Below are positions 1 to 12,379 of a stretch of 64,000 nucleotides of DNA, one piece after another. The stretch comes from Squalus acanthias (Eukaryota), in the NCBI GenBank assembly GCA_030390025.1, contig CM059425.1:170750001-170814000 (forward strand), given 5' to 3'. The notes beneath the pieces were generated by a model. It saw nothing but the letters and a program-made list of their open reading frames with translations. It was not told the DNA's origin and ran no database searches. Within the stretch, counting starts at the first letter, position 1. Each line of letters starts with the position of its first letter. The position numbers and the translations under genes are program-made.

Positions 1-1300
1 CTGCTCACAAGGCTGTCACTAACACACTCCCTTCTTGCAGGAGAAGGTCATGCACAACATTAGGCAGGAGGCGATGACTGGAGGAGACCGAGCTCGCCTG
101 CACGCCCTTTTCCCATTGGAGGGAGACATGCTGGACATCATGGGCAGGGGACGAGTCATGACCGTGGCAAGTGGCAACACTGGAGGAAAAGACTTGCAGG
201 GTTTCTTCACACTTTACCCTCTTTTTCCCTTCTTACTTCTATCTCACTCTACACACTCTGCATGACAAACTACATCTGCTTTCACCAGCCACTCAATGTT
301 CTCTGCTCTCCCTTCACAATGAAAGCTAACCCTTATTCCTCTCTTTCATTTGAGGTGCTGAAAATGTCAAAGCCACTGTGCCACTTCAGAAAGAGGAGGC
401 CAGCATTCCTGAAGATGCACCACAGCAAGCACAAGTTCAGATATTAGCACCTTGCGTACTTTAGAGAATAGGTCAGAGTTGAGATTTTCACATGGTGAAT
501 CACTTCGCACAAGTGTGCAGGAGCTGGGGCAGTGGGCTAGGACACCACAGGTACCACTGCACTAGAGGGCGAGATTGCATACTAGTTCTGCTGCAGAGGA
601 CTCAACTGCTGACCTTGAGGTCCCAGGTAACCGTAGAAGGCTAATGAGCATACGCCAGAAAATGCTAGGTGCATTGGGCAGCCTGCCAGTGAGCTTGTGC
701 ACAATCTCTCAGAACATGGAGGAGTCCAGCTCCAACTTAACATGGACCGAGTGGTCAGCTTTATGAACAGGACAGTGGCGCCCACCATGACAGAGCCCCT
801 GTAGACAGCTCTGACAGCTTCCATGGCAGCTCAAAGTGATGCCATGGAAGCTGAAATGGTTGCCATCTTGGCTCTGGGGATCAGTGTCGACAGAGCATCA
901 CATCACTCCTGCGCTTTGGTCTCACACAGAGCCATGGCAGTGATGAGATCACAGTCCCAGGAGAGTGGCCTTTGCTCCATGGGAGAGGCACCTGCTGTCC
1001 TCTCTCAGGGTGACAGTATACCTGCTCCTTCGCCACCCACTCCACCAGTGCCCTTGTTAGTACCATATAGCCAGCTGGGCCAGACTGTCCTGGCCGAGGT
1101 CGAGATGCTGCAGTCTGCAGAGAGGCCCTCAAGGACCAGAGCTGCTGGAGGTCGCCCACCACAGCCATTGGAAGTGTCCTCAATGGAAGCCCAGCAGCCT
1201 TCCACCTCCCAAGCTGTAGCCACTGTGGATACACCATATTAAAGCATTAGGATAGGGAAAACGAGCACACAAGACAAGCACTAAGGCATTTCACAGGGGT
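1..1300 (+). mobile_element. Decayed Harbinger Myb/SANT accessory gene (exon 2-3 remnant), cut by the window edge
   Basis: Acceptor cttcttgcag then EKVMHNIRQEAMTGG; 575-1242 translates to fragments (MLGALGSLPVSL..MEESSSN; AVLSQGDSIPAPSPPTPPVPL) homologous to the Myb gene at 12380-14274; frameshifts and stops. Confidence 0.7.
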
Positions 1301-1459
1301 GATTCTTAATTATTCCTGTTAATATTTGACACAGATGAAATGTTAGATAAATTGTTTTCTGGTATGGATTTTGTGTTGGTGGTTCTATTCAAAGTCAAGT
1401 GAGGGCAAGACCCATAATACTGGGCTGAAGGAAGGCAATAGAACGGTGGTAGTATGGGG

Positions 1460-1612
1460 GGCTTCCCTGCCTCTGCACCTGCTTAAAATCTGTTATATCT
1501 CTAACTTTTTCCAGTTCTGACGAAAGGTCATCGACCTGAAGCGCTAACTCTGTTTCTCTCTCCACAGATGCTGCATGACCTGTTGAGTATTTCCAGCATT
1601 TTCTGTTTCTAT
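1460..1612 (+). mobile_element. Penelope-like element terminal fragment with degenerate hammerhead motif
   Basis: Matches the terminus of the Penelope copy at 20415-21310 (opposite strand); contains agtt-CTGACGA-a-aggtc-atc-gacct-GAAG at 1513-1541. Confidence 0.65.
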
Positions 1613-3248
1613 TTATAGTTGATTAGATTTCACTTTAAAGACTGTAAATTCTAAGATTATTCACACATTGTAATCATTTCAAAGCATAGCTAATGGGGTC
1701 TATTCAATTTCTACTTAAGAGACGGTTATATCAAATTAATTTTCCTGCCAAACTAAAGCTATAGAATGTTTATTAAAGATATCTGAAACCAGTTAAAAGT
1801 TGTGGAGAACACAAAACATATATTAGATAGACCACCATAAGCACGTGTATAATGTGTACTGATTCACTGTATGTGGTAAAGTACTGTACGCAAACACATT
1901 TGTTTGGATGGTTTAGACTTATTCCTCTTTACAAGTATTCCACATTACTAAGTTCTCCCACTATTCCATGCCTCCAAAACTGCCCCTTCTCCTACCTGCC
2001 CATTCCACTGACATCACCACCAAAAAAGCTCTGTGCCTCCAAGCTCCCTTCGCTCACTGCTCACATCAACACGATCTACTCCCCTGGAATCTCCGTGCTT
2101 CTGTGATTTCCCCTCCAGTCTCCATCTATCTTTGTGTCTCTCAGGTCAACCCTGCAGATTCTCTTTGGGACAGAAATTCCAATGTTCGCTCTTCATGGGT
2201 AGAAGTGAGGCCTAAGTGTGCCCATAGATGAAGACCCAGACCCCATTCCAAATTGCGGGGTTGGGACCAGCTGCATAGTCAGTTTGGGCCATCGGTACCT
2301 GCAAGGATACTTTGGTTGTACCTGCACCGATCCTCCTTTAATAGAGGAAGTGATCCACAGCTGATCCACCAACTCCTAGACCCTTCCTGGTCCAAAGAAA
2401 GAACTTGTCAACATCGCCTTCAGCTCCAATGGGAGCCAGGATTTTTTCACAATATGGTAATCTGTCTCCTTCAACATCAAATAATTTTGTTTCTTGAAGG
2501 TTTTAGGTTCTCAGCTGGCAAGAGTTACATTGAGGCCATATAAGGACAGAAGTCCTGGAGTAACCCAAGAATTCTCCTAGAAGCGCTGCCTTAATCTGGA
2601 GCGGCAGGATGAAGAATCATCGTCTCCACCCTCCCCACCATCAGAAAACGTCCATCTCAAAGAATTCCAATAGAACTGAGTTCCACTCCAAATTCCAGCC
2701 GTTAGCAAGTGATCCGCCCACTCTCTAGCCTTGGCCTGGCTGGAATTTTGGGGACAATGGCCTAGAAATTCGGGGGTTTAGCACTGGCTGTTAAGGCCCG
2801 TTTTGATGAACAAATGGCGGCCACCTGCTTCAGGCCGCCATGGCGGCTGCCATTATCGGCAGATCAGCAACACTGCTGTTGCCAGTGCTCACTAGGGAAA
2901 TGGAAATGAAGTAGACCGTGACATCAATGAGTGTGCAACGCTCTTTTGACGCACGATCTACCATTTTTGACATCGTCGCTCCATTAAACGCCCTCTCTTA
3001 ATCACGACCAGCTGATCAAGCGTTCAGCAGCAGGAAGGAGCCCCCAGCAGTGCTATTTAAAGGGATCATCTTCAACAACTTGTAGCTGACATGGTTTCTC
3101 AGTTTTACTGGCTCTGTCTAAGTTTCTGCGACTCTCGCAGATTTCTAAACTTGTTTAAAGTTCCTGAGGTGACAGGGAGTGTTGCTGCCAGTGGAGAACA
3201 CCTTCATTCTCATTTAAAGGCTTCTGCTCACATCACTTGCTCACAGTC

Positions 3249-4223
3249 ATGGGAGCTCAACTTGCAGTACCCCTCACGCTTGAGTATCATAGGGAGAGGG
3301 AGCGGAGGCAGCGAAGAAGAGGAGAAGATATTCACAGAGGGAGGAGGAGAAGAGCCAGGAGGGCTCTCAGCAGGAGGTCTTACCCACCTAGGGTCTTCCG
3401 AGAGCACTTCTCGTACCACCACTTAAGTGAGGTGCAGTGTATTAGGAGGCTCCGCTTCAGCAAGGAGGTGGTCACAGAACTCTGCCACCTACTGCAACCA
3501 GACCTGCAGCCTCAGAGCAGGGTGAGCACGGCTCTCCCAGTGGCCCTCAAGGTCACTATGGCCCTCAATTTTTTCGCCAGCGGATCCTTCCAGTCTGCAG
3601 CAGGAGACATAGCTAACATCTCCCAGTTCATTATCCTTCGCTGCATCTGGGAAGTCACAGAGGCTCTGTACTCCAGGAGAAGGGATTTCATTGTCTTCTC
3701 TCTGAACAGAGAGGAGCAGGACAAGCGCACATGTGGCTTTTCGTGGTGGGCTTCACCATGGTGCAGGGCGCTATCGACTGTACACATGTGGCTTTGCGGG
3801 CACCGTATACCAATCCTGAGATGTTCCGTAACCGCAAAAGCTACCACTCATTTAATGTACAGTTGTTGTGCAACCAAGCCCAACACATCATGAAGGTGAA
3901 TGCTCGGCATCCTGGCAGCAGTCATGATGCCTTCGGTGTGCCAGTCCAGTGTGCCAGCAATCTTCCAGCCACCAAACCTGAGTGTGGCTGCTCGGAGACA
4001 TGGGCTATCCACTCTCCACCTGGCTGATGGCTCCCCTCCGCAAACCCCCCACTCGTGCCTAGCACTCATATAATGACAGCCATACTGCCACCTGGAACAT
4101 CATCGAGCAGACCATCAGGGTGCTCAACCAATGGTTCCGCTCGGGAGGAGCTTTCCGGTACTCGCTAGAGTGGATGTCCCAGTTCGTGTTTGTCTGCAGC
4201 ATGCTCTAAAACTTGGCCATCAT
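3249..4223 (+). pseudogene. Harbinger DDE transposase (HARBI1-like), frameshifted; C-terminus continues at ~9481-9569 and ~12061-12173
   Basis: Motifs RLRFSKE, ALNFFASGSFQ, GAIDCTHV, NRKSYHSFNVQ, PGSSHDAF, WLLGDMGYP, IIEQTI; frameshifts near 3745 and 3935; LAIM|RVQPLPPG is split by the CR1 insertion; ends ERLIRLRFQ*. Confidence 0.9.
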
Positions 4224-4320
4224 GGAAACATAGAAACATAGAAGATAGAAGCAGGAGTAGGCCATTCAGCCCCTCGAGCCTGCTCCGCCATTTAATGAGA
4301 TCATGGCTGATCATCCAAAT

Positions 4321-7300
4321 TCAGTACCCTGTCCCTGCCTTCTCTCCATATCCCTTGATCCCTTTAGTTTTAAGAAACATATCTAATTCCTTCTTGAATA
4401 TATTTAATGAATTGGCCTCTACTGTCTTAGACTGTGACCCCTGGTTCTGGACTCTCCGACCATCGGGAACATCCTTCCCGCATCTAGTCTGTCTAGTCCT
4501 GTTAGAATTTTATAAGTTTCAATGAGATCCCCTCTCATTCTTCTAAACTCCAGTGAATATAAGCCCAATCGACCCAATCTCTCCTCATACGCCATTCCTG
4601 CCATCCCGGGTATCAGCCTGGTGAATCTTCGCTGCACTCCCTCCATGGCAAGAACATCCTTCCTCAGATAAGGCGACCAAAACTGCACACAATACTCAAG
4701 ATGTGGTCTCACCAAGGCCCTGTACAACTGCAGCAAGACATCCTTGTTCCTGTACTCGAACCCTTTCGCTACGAAGGCCAACATACCATTTGCCTTGTTA
4801 ACCGCCTGCTGCACCTGCATGCTTACCTTCAGCGATTGGTGCACAAGGACACCCAGGTCTCGTTGCACATCCCCTTCTCCCAATCTATTGCCATTCAGAT
4901 AATAATCTGCCTTCCTGTTTTTGACACCAAAGTGGATAACCTCGCATTTATCCACATTATATTGCATCTGCCATGCTTCTGCCCAATCCCCCAACCTGTC
5001 CAAATCATACTGGAGTTTCTCGGCATCCTCCTCCCGGCACACACTCCCACCCAGCTTTGTGTCGTCTGCAAACTTGGAGATATTACATCCAATTCCATCG
5101 TCCAGATCATTAATATATATTGTGAATAGCTGGGGTCCTAGGACCGATCCCTGCGGTACCCCACTAGTCACCGCCTGCCACTCGGAAAAAGACCCATTTA
5201 TTCCAACTCTTTGCTTTCTGTCTGCCAACCATTTCTATATCCAAGTCAATACCTTCCCCCCAATCCCATGTGCCTTAACTTTACACGCTAATCTCTTATG
5301 CGGGACCTTATCGAAAGCCTTCTGAAAGTCCAAATACACCACATCCACTGGTTCTCCCTTATCCATTTTACCAGTTACATCCTCAAAAAATTCCAGTAGA
5401 TTAGTCAAGCACGATTTGCCTTTTGTAAATCCATGTTCACTTTGTCCGATCCTGTCACTGTTTTCCAAGTGCTCTGCTATTACATCTTTTATAATGGACT
5501 CGAGCATTTTCCCCACTACCGATGTCAGGCTTACTGGTCTATAATTCCCAGTTTTCTCTCTACCACCTTTTTTGAATAGTGGGGTAACATTAGCTACCCT
5601 CCAATCCATGGGTACTGTTCCAGAGTCTATAGAATTTTGGAAGATGACCAGCAATGCATCTACTATTTCTAGGGCCACTTCCTTAAGTACCCTAGGATGT
5701 AGGTTATCAGGCCCTGGGGATTTATCGGCCTTCAATCCCGTCAATTTCCCTAACACTATTTCCCTACAAATACTGATTTCTTTCAGTTCCTCCTTCTCAT
5801 TAGACCCTATGTTCCCCAACATCTCTGGGAGGTTATTTGTGTCCTCCTTTGTGAAGACAGAACCAAAGTATGTATTTAATTGGTCTGCCATTTCTTTGTT
5901 CCCCATTATAAATTCCCCTGATTCTGACTGCAAGGGACCTATGCTTGACTTCACCAATCTTTTTCTCTTCACATATCTATAAAAGCTTTTACAGTCAGTT
6001 TTTATGTTCCTCGCAAGCTTACTCTCATACTCTATTTTCCCCCTCTTAATTAATCCCTTTGTCCTTCTTTGCTGAATCCTATACTGCTCCCAATCCTCAG
6101 GTTTGCTGCTTTTTCTGGCCAATTTATATGTCCTTTCCTTGGATCTTATGCTATCCCTAATTTCCTTTGTTAGCCACGGTTGAGTCACCTTTTTTGTTTT
6201 ATTTTTATGCCAACTGGGATGAACAAATTCTGTAGTTCATTCATGCGATCTTTGAATGCTTGCCATTGCCTCTCCACCGTCAACCCTTTGAGTGACATTC
6301 CCCAATCAATCCTACCCAACTCGCGCCTCATACCATCGTAGTTTCCTTTATTTAAATTCAGGACCCTAGTCTCTGAGTCAACTACTTCACTCTCCATCTT
6401 AATGAAGAATTCTATCATATTATGATCGCTCCGACCCAAGGGGCCTCGCACAACAAGATTGCTAATTAATCCTTTCTCATTACATAATACCCAGTCTAAG
6501 ATGGCCTGATCTCTAGTTGGTTCCTCGACATATTGGTCCAGGAAACCATCCCGTATACACTCCAGGAATTCCTCCTCCACAGTATTGTTACTAATTTGGT
6601 TAGCCCAATCTATATGTAGATTAAAGGCGCCCATGATAACTGCTGTGCTCTTATTGCACGCTTCTCTAATTTCCCTTTTAATGCCATCCCCAACCTCCGT
6701 ATTACTGTTTGGGTGTCTATACACCACTCCCACTAGCGTTTTCAGCCCCTTGGTATTTCTCAGTTCTACCCATACAGATTCAACATCATCAGAGCTAATA
6801 TCCTTCCTTACAATTGTGTTAATCCCCTCTTTAACCAGCAATGCTACCCCACCTCCTTTTCCTTTTTGCCTATCTTTCCTGAATATTGAATACCCCTGTA
6901 TGTTGAGTTCTCAGCCTTGGTCACCCTGGAGCCATGTTTCCGTAATCCCAATCATATCATATTCGTTTACCTCTATTTGCGCAGCTAATTCATCCACCTT
7001 ATTACGAATGCTCCTTGCATTAAGACACAAAGGGGTAAAAATTCAGTTGGTTGCGCCTCCCGTTAGCGTCTTAAGAGGGTGCTAATGGGGCGCAAAGCCG
7101 CTAACGCCCGGGCGCAGCGATGTTTGCGCCGCTCGGGAACTTAACTTGACATTGTGCCGCGGCGCTAAAACTTACCGCTGCGACCACCTGCGCGCGCAGA
7201 TTGTGACGTCATTCCATGGTGCAACGCCCTTATGGCGCCCCGGAGCGGAAATTGAGTGGCGCCCCCTGCCTTACCGCCTGGCGCTTCCAACGACCAGAAG

Positions 7301-7960
7301 ACTGGAACGCTATCAATCGCTGGGGGGCTGGGGGGGGGCGCTATTTAAAGGGGGCCTCTTCCTGTCTTTTATTGTTGGTGGCATTTTTGAACTACGCATT
7401 CTGAGAGAGAGAGGGAGAGACTTCTGGAGAGATTCAACGTTGTGTGAAGGAGTTTTGGGTACTGAGCAGCACTTTGCAGGTTCATTTTGATTTGCCATTC
7501 CTTGTATCGATTTAGCAGAGACTGTGGGAGCTGCACTCTGAGCTCTTTGCCTGGTACTCTCCACTGTTCTTTCCAGCACATTTGATGTGCAAGTCTCTCC
7601 AGGCCGAGATTCAAGGCTGCAATGAACAGGATGTGGATGGAAAGCAAGATTAACCATCCCCTTTAAGAACTGGCCCGTGCCATTGTGTGTGTGTTCCATT
7701 GCTGACTGACATTACATGAGCTTCGCCAGCGCTCTGAGTTAGCGCCTCACTGCTCGGCCTTTGCGCCTTAAGACAGGTGTGCAGCGCCTGCTTTAGCGCT
7801 CCACTCACCTCCCGGGGCGGTAAAAGTGAAGTTTCCAGTCAGTGCCGATAATTAGCGCCAGGCGCTAATATTTGCGTCCAGACGATATTTGCGCCCCAAA
7901 TGGGGCGCGACCTAATTTCTACCCCAAAGCCTTCAGGCTTGTTTTTTTAACGCTCTTAGA
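4321..7960 (-). pseudogene. CR1 ORF2 (APE endonuclease + reverse transcriptase), disabled
   Basis: LCLNARSIRNK, GITETW, SDHN, KSPGPD, NYRPVSLTS, DFQKAFDKV, GVPQGSVLGP, KFADD; stop at 5235-5237, frameshift ~6186, small deletion ~4420, MITE insertion 7032-7925. Confidence 0.92.
7032..7925. mobile_element. MITE / non-autonomous Harbinger-type DNA transposon (894 bp) in the CR1 endonuclease N-terminus
   Basis: TIRs GGGGTAAAAATT and AATTTCTACCCC; AAA duplicated at 7029-7031 and 7926-7928; removing it restores KA|LCLNARS; CpG-rich arms. Confidence 0.88.
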
Positions 7961-8112
7961 CCTTTTAGAATTTTTTTTTACTGTGGCCACGTTTGATTTA
8001 AACCCTTGATTTCTCTGACTGACACCTTTGTTTTTTTCCTTCCTGACTTTTGCTTCTATTCTTGTTTCCCTTTCCTCTGTCTCCCTGCTCAGGTTCCCAA
8101 CCCCCTGCCATT

Positions 8113-9063
8113 TTAGTTTAAACCCTCCCCCAGAGCACTAGCAAACACTCCCCCAAGGACATCGGTCCCAGTCCTGCCCAGGTGCAAACCGTCCGATTTG
8201 TACTGGTCCCACCTCCCCCAGAACCGGTTCCAATGTCCCAGGAATTTGAATCCCTCCCCCTTGCACCATTCCTCTAGCCACGTATTCATCTGAAATATCC
8301 TTCTATTTCTACTCTGACTAGCACGTGGCACTGGTAGCAATCCTGAGATTACTACCTTTGAGGTCCTATTTTTTAATTTATCTCCTAACTCCCTATATTC
8401 AGTTTTTAGGACCTCATCCCGTTTTTTACCTATATCGTTGGTACCTATATGCACCATGACAACTGGCTGTTCACCCTCCCCTTCCAAAATTTTTTGCAGC
8501 CGCTCTGAGACATCCTTGACCCTTGCACCAGGGAGGCAACACACCATCCTGGAGTCTCGTTTGCTGCCACAGAAACGCCTATCTATTCCCCTTACAATAG
8601 AATCCCCTATCACTATAGCTCTACCCCTCTTTTTCCTCCCGTCCTGTGCAGCAGAACCACCCCTGGTGCCAGGAAGTTGGCTGCTGCTGCCTTCCCCTGA
8701 TAAGCCATCCCCCTCAACAGTATCCAAAGCAGGATATCTGTTTGAGAGGGGGATGTCCACAGGGGACTCCTGCACTACCTGCCTGCGCCTACTACTCTGC
8801 CTGGTGGTCACCCATTCTCTTTCTGCCTGTGCAGCCTTTACCTGCGGTGTGACCAGCTGGTTAAACGTGCTATCCACGAGGTTCTCAGCATCGCGAATGC
8901 TCCAGTATGCATCCATTCGCAGCTCCAGCACCGCAATGCGGTCTGCCAGTAGCTGCAGCTGGATACACTTCCCGCACACATGGTCGTCAGGGACACAGGA
9001 ATTGTCCCCGATTTCCCACATAGCGCAGGAGGAGCATAGCACGGTGCCGAGCTGTGCTGCCAT
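8113..9063 (-). CDS. CR1 ORF1p: N-terminal CxxC/CxxC zinc finger, leucine zipper and SGNH/GDSL esterase domain (316 aa, open)
   Basis: CSSC..CGKC, heptad leucines, IVIGDSIVR, CCLPGA, VHIGTND, DGLHL; uninterrupted frame. Confidence 0.9.
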   Translation of the reverse strand: MAAQLGTVLCSSCAMWEIGDNSCVPDDHVCGKCIQLQLLADRIAVLELRMDAYWSIRDAENLVDSTFNQLVTPQVKAAQAEREWVTTRQSSRRRQVVQESPVDIPLSNRYPALDTVEGDGLSGEGSSSQLPGTRGGSAAQDGRKKRGRAIVIGDSIVRGIDRRFCGSKRDSRMVCCLPGARVKDVSERLQKILEGEGEQPVVMVHIGTNDIGKKRDEVLKTEYRELGDKLKNRTSKVVISGLLPVPRASQSRNRRIFQMNTWLEEWCKGEGFKFLGHWNRFWGRWDQYKSDGLHLGRTGTDVLGGVFASALGEGLN

Positions 9064-9330
9064 GACTTACCCTTTAATTAATTGAACTTAAATTATATCA
9101 AATCAATCCCACCAATTATACTATAATTAAATGATATAGGGCCCTTGTTTACCAACTGTCCCCGCTACACCACAGAGACCCTAGAAACTATAAACCAAAA
9201 AATTTAAGTTTGGAAAATGGAGAAAAAGAGAAATACTCACCAACCAATCACTTACCTGCTTTCCGGTGATGTCACACTTTGATTATTTTTTACTTCTCTC
9301 TCTCCCGCTCTCGGGGCTCAGATTGGTAGG

Positions 9331-9480
9331 CCTACCTGGTCGCCGCCGCCTCTTTTACAGCTGCCGCCTCGCCGCAGCCGCTCCACCCAGGTCCGCCGCC
9401 TCTGTGGACCTACCTGGTCGCGGCCGCCTCTTTTACAGCCGCCGCCTCGCCGCAGCCACTCCACCCAGGTCTGCCGCCTC
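9331..9480. repeat. 78-bp GC-rich tandem repeat (~2 copies) at the CR1 5' end
   Basis: cctacctggtcg..cgcctcttttacagc..gcctcgccgcagcc starts at 9331 and again at 9409. Confidence 0.85.
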
Positions 9481-9569
9481 TGAGGGTGCAGCCCTTGCCA
9501 CCAGGGATTGAGGGACCACGTTGGGAGGTGGAGGATGGAGAGGAGGAGGAGGAGGAGAAAGAAGAGGAC

Positions 9570-12060
9570 TACATAGGATTACATAGGAAATACAGCACAG
9601 AAACAGGCCATTCGGCCTAACCAGTCCATGCTGGCGTTTATGCTCCACTCGAGCCTCCTCCTGTCTTTCCTCATCTAAATGTATCAGCATAACCCTCTAT
9701 TCCCTTCTCCCCCATATGCTTATCCAGCCTTATATTGATGGTCTCTAGTTATGCTCTTCCCCACAAGTGGAAACACTCTGTCTGTATCCACTCTATCAAA
9801 ATCTTTCATAAATGTAAAGACCCTCTTAGGTCACCCCTCTGCCCTCTCTTTTCAAGAGAAAAGAGTCCCAGCCTGTTCATCTTTTCCTGATAGGTATACC
9901 TTCGCATTTCTGGTATCATCCTTATAAATCTTCTCTGCACCCTCTCCAGTGCCTCTCTATCCTTTATATAATATGGTGACCAGAATTGTATGCAATACTC
10001 CAAGTGTGGTCTAACCAAGGTTCAATACAAGTTTAGCATTACTTCCCTACTTTTCAATTCTATCCCTCGAGAAATAAATCCTAGTGCTTGGTTTGCTTTT
10101 TTTATGGCCTTGCTAACCTGTGTCGCTACTTTTAGTGATTTATGTATTTGTACTCTGAGACCCCTTTTCTCCTCTACCCCACCCAGACTCGCACCCTCCA
10201 AGTAATAAGTGACCTCCCTATTCTTCCTACCAAAATGTAATACCTCACATTTGTCTGTGTTGAAATTCATTTGCCAATTATATGCCCATTCTGCAAGTTT
10301 ATTAATGTCCTCCTGTAATTTGTTGCAGTCCTCCTCAGTATTGACTATCCCCCCCAATTTGGTGTCATCTGCAAATTTAGAAATTGTGTTTTTGATTCCA
10401 AAGTCTAAATCATTAATATAAATTGTGAACAACAGTGGTCCCAGCACTGATCCTTGTGGAACACCACTACCCACCTTCTGCCATTGTGAATAGCTACCCT
10501 TTACCCCTACTCTCTGCTTTCTATCTTGAAGCCAGCCAGCAATCCATTCTGCTACTTGTCCCCTGACTCCGCATTCTCTGACCTTGTTCATCAGTTTATT
10601 ATGTGGTACCTTATTGAAGGCCTTTTGAATATCTAGATGAATTACATCTACTGCATTACCCTTGTCTACACTCTCTGTTATCTCTTCAAAAAATTCAATG
10701 AGTTTGGTCAAACGAGACTTTCCCTTTTGAAATCCATGCTGACTATTCATTATTATATTTTTGGTTTCTAGATGCTCTTCTATTTTCTCCTTTAGTAGGG
10801 ATTCCATCATTTTTCCTACCACCGATGTTAAGCTGACTGGTCTATAGTTCCCTGGACATGTTCTCTCTCCCTTTTTAAATATAGGTATTATGTTAGCTAT
10901 TTACCAGTCCTCTGACACTACACCATTTTTTAGCGAATTATTACATATGTGTAGTTATGCCTCTGCTATCTCTTCTCTAGATTCTTTTAAAAATGCATGG
11001 ATGTAATCTATCCGGAATAGGGAGCTTTATCCTCTTTGAGTTTGATTAGTTTATTTAATATATCTCCTCTTTTTATTTTAAATGCATTTATTTCATTACT
11101 AACCTCATGATCCAATGTCATGTCCACCTATTCTATCTCCCTGGTAAATACTGAAGCAAAGTAATTATTTAATATTTCTGCCATCTCTCTAGCACTGCCT
11201 GTGGTATTATCCTATCCTTCCCTTTGTGGCCTTATTCCCATCCCAACCTTCCTTTTTTATTGATGTGCCTGTGAAATACTTTACTATTTTGTTTTATGTT
11301 CCTTGATAATTTAATTTCATAGTTCCTCTTTGCCTTCCTAATTGATTTTTTGACTTCTCTCCTAATCTCTTTATATTCACCCTTATCATGCTCTCCCCTG
11401 CTGTCCATGTACTTAATGTATGCCTCTTTCCTTACCCTCAATTTTTCCCTTATAGCTTTATTCATCCATGGTATCCCATTAGTGTTTAGTTTTTTTTAGC
11501 GGAATATATTTTTCCTGAACTCTGTTGAACACCAATTTAAATGTTTCCCATTGCTGTTCTACATCATTGCTTGCCAATATTGTTGTCCATTTTATTTTCC
11601 CAAGTTCTATTCTCAGCCCCTCAAAATCAACTTTTCTCCAATCTATTACCCTGGTCTTCGTCATACTTATGTACTTCTCAATTATTATCTTAAAGCATAT
11701 TATATTATGGTCACTATTGCCTAGATGTTCCCCTACTTTTACCTCTCTTATCTGCTCTGGTTCATTCCCCATCACTAGATCCAATAGCGAATCCTCCCTT
11801 GTTGGGCTTTTTACATATTGGGTTAGAAAGGAGTCCTGTACACATTGTAGGAACTCTATTCCCTTATCCCCTTTACCTACCTCTTCTGTCCAATTAATAT
11901 CAGGGTAGTTGAAATCCCCCATGATTATTATTCTCTGTTTTTTACTCATTTCCCTAATTTGTTTGCATATTTCTTCCTCCACCTCCCTTCCACTATTAGG
12001 TGGTCTGTAGACTACATCTATTAGTGCGATTAATCCTTTATTATCTATTATCTCTCTCCA
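9570..12060 (-). mobile_element. 5'-truncated CR1 LINE (second family), decayed ORF2, inserted in the acidic tail of the transposase
   Basis: ORF fragments VVYRPPNS, GDFNYP, SDHN, GVPQGSVLGP, KFADD, RPHLEYC; tail tacataggattacatagga at ~9570. Confidence 0.88.
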
Positions 12061-12379
12061 CAGAAGAAGAGGATGAGGATGAGAAGGAGGAAAAGGAAGA
12101 GGAGGAGGCAGGCAGCAGATCCCCATTCTGGATGGGCTTCCATGAGCGCCTCATCAGACTCCGATTCCAGTGAAGGAAACCCCAGATCCCCGTTGCTCAC
12201 CACTTCGCCATCATATCATCCCTCTGTCATGTAACATCACAGCGTCTTCCTGGGCACAAAGCTGAAATGAGAGCCACCACAAAACACACATTCCAAACAA
12301 AAATCATAAATTTATCCAAATGCAATCAAAATGACATTATCAACTAATCACCCTTGTGCATTCCTATGTGTCTATCGAT

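Larger units (their letters stand above)
4224..9480 (-). mobile_element. Near full-length CR1 LINE (5'UTR, ORF1, disrupted ORF2, (TTCTATGT)n tail)
   Basis: Tail aaacatagaaacatagaa at ~4226; RT and APE endonuclease fragments 4321-7960; ORF1 8113-9063; GC-rich 5'UTR to ~9480; flanks rejoin as transposase sequence. Confidence 0.92.

Noticed and set aside
2110..2755. Possible very old L1/Tx1 endonuclease remnant continuing at 14577-14760
   Set aside because: Only vague motif resemblance on the minus strand; unsupported without alignment.
3249..4223. Domesticated host gene HARBI1 (and NAIF1/MSANTD for the Myb gene)
   Set aside because: Both genes are disrupted and lie between TIRs with a TSD; they are transposon copies.
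4701..5982. Recurrent antisense ORFs such as MWSHQG.. and ..STDPCGTPLVT.. (also near 16907, 22508, 27104, 47996, 62205)
   Set aside because: Shadow frames of CR1 ORF2 on the opposite strand.
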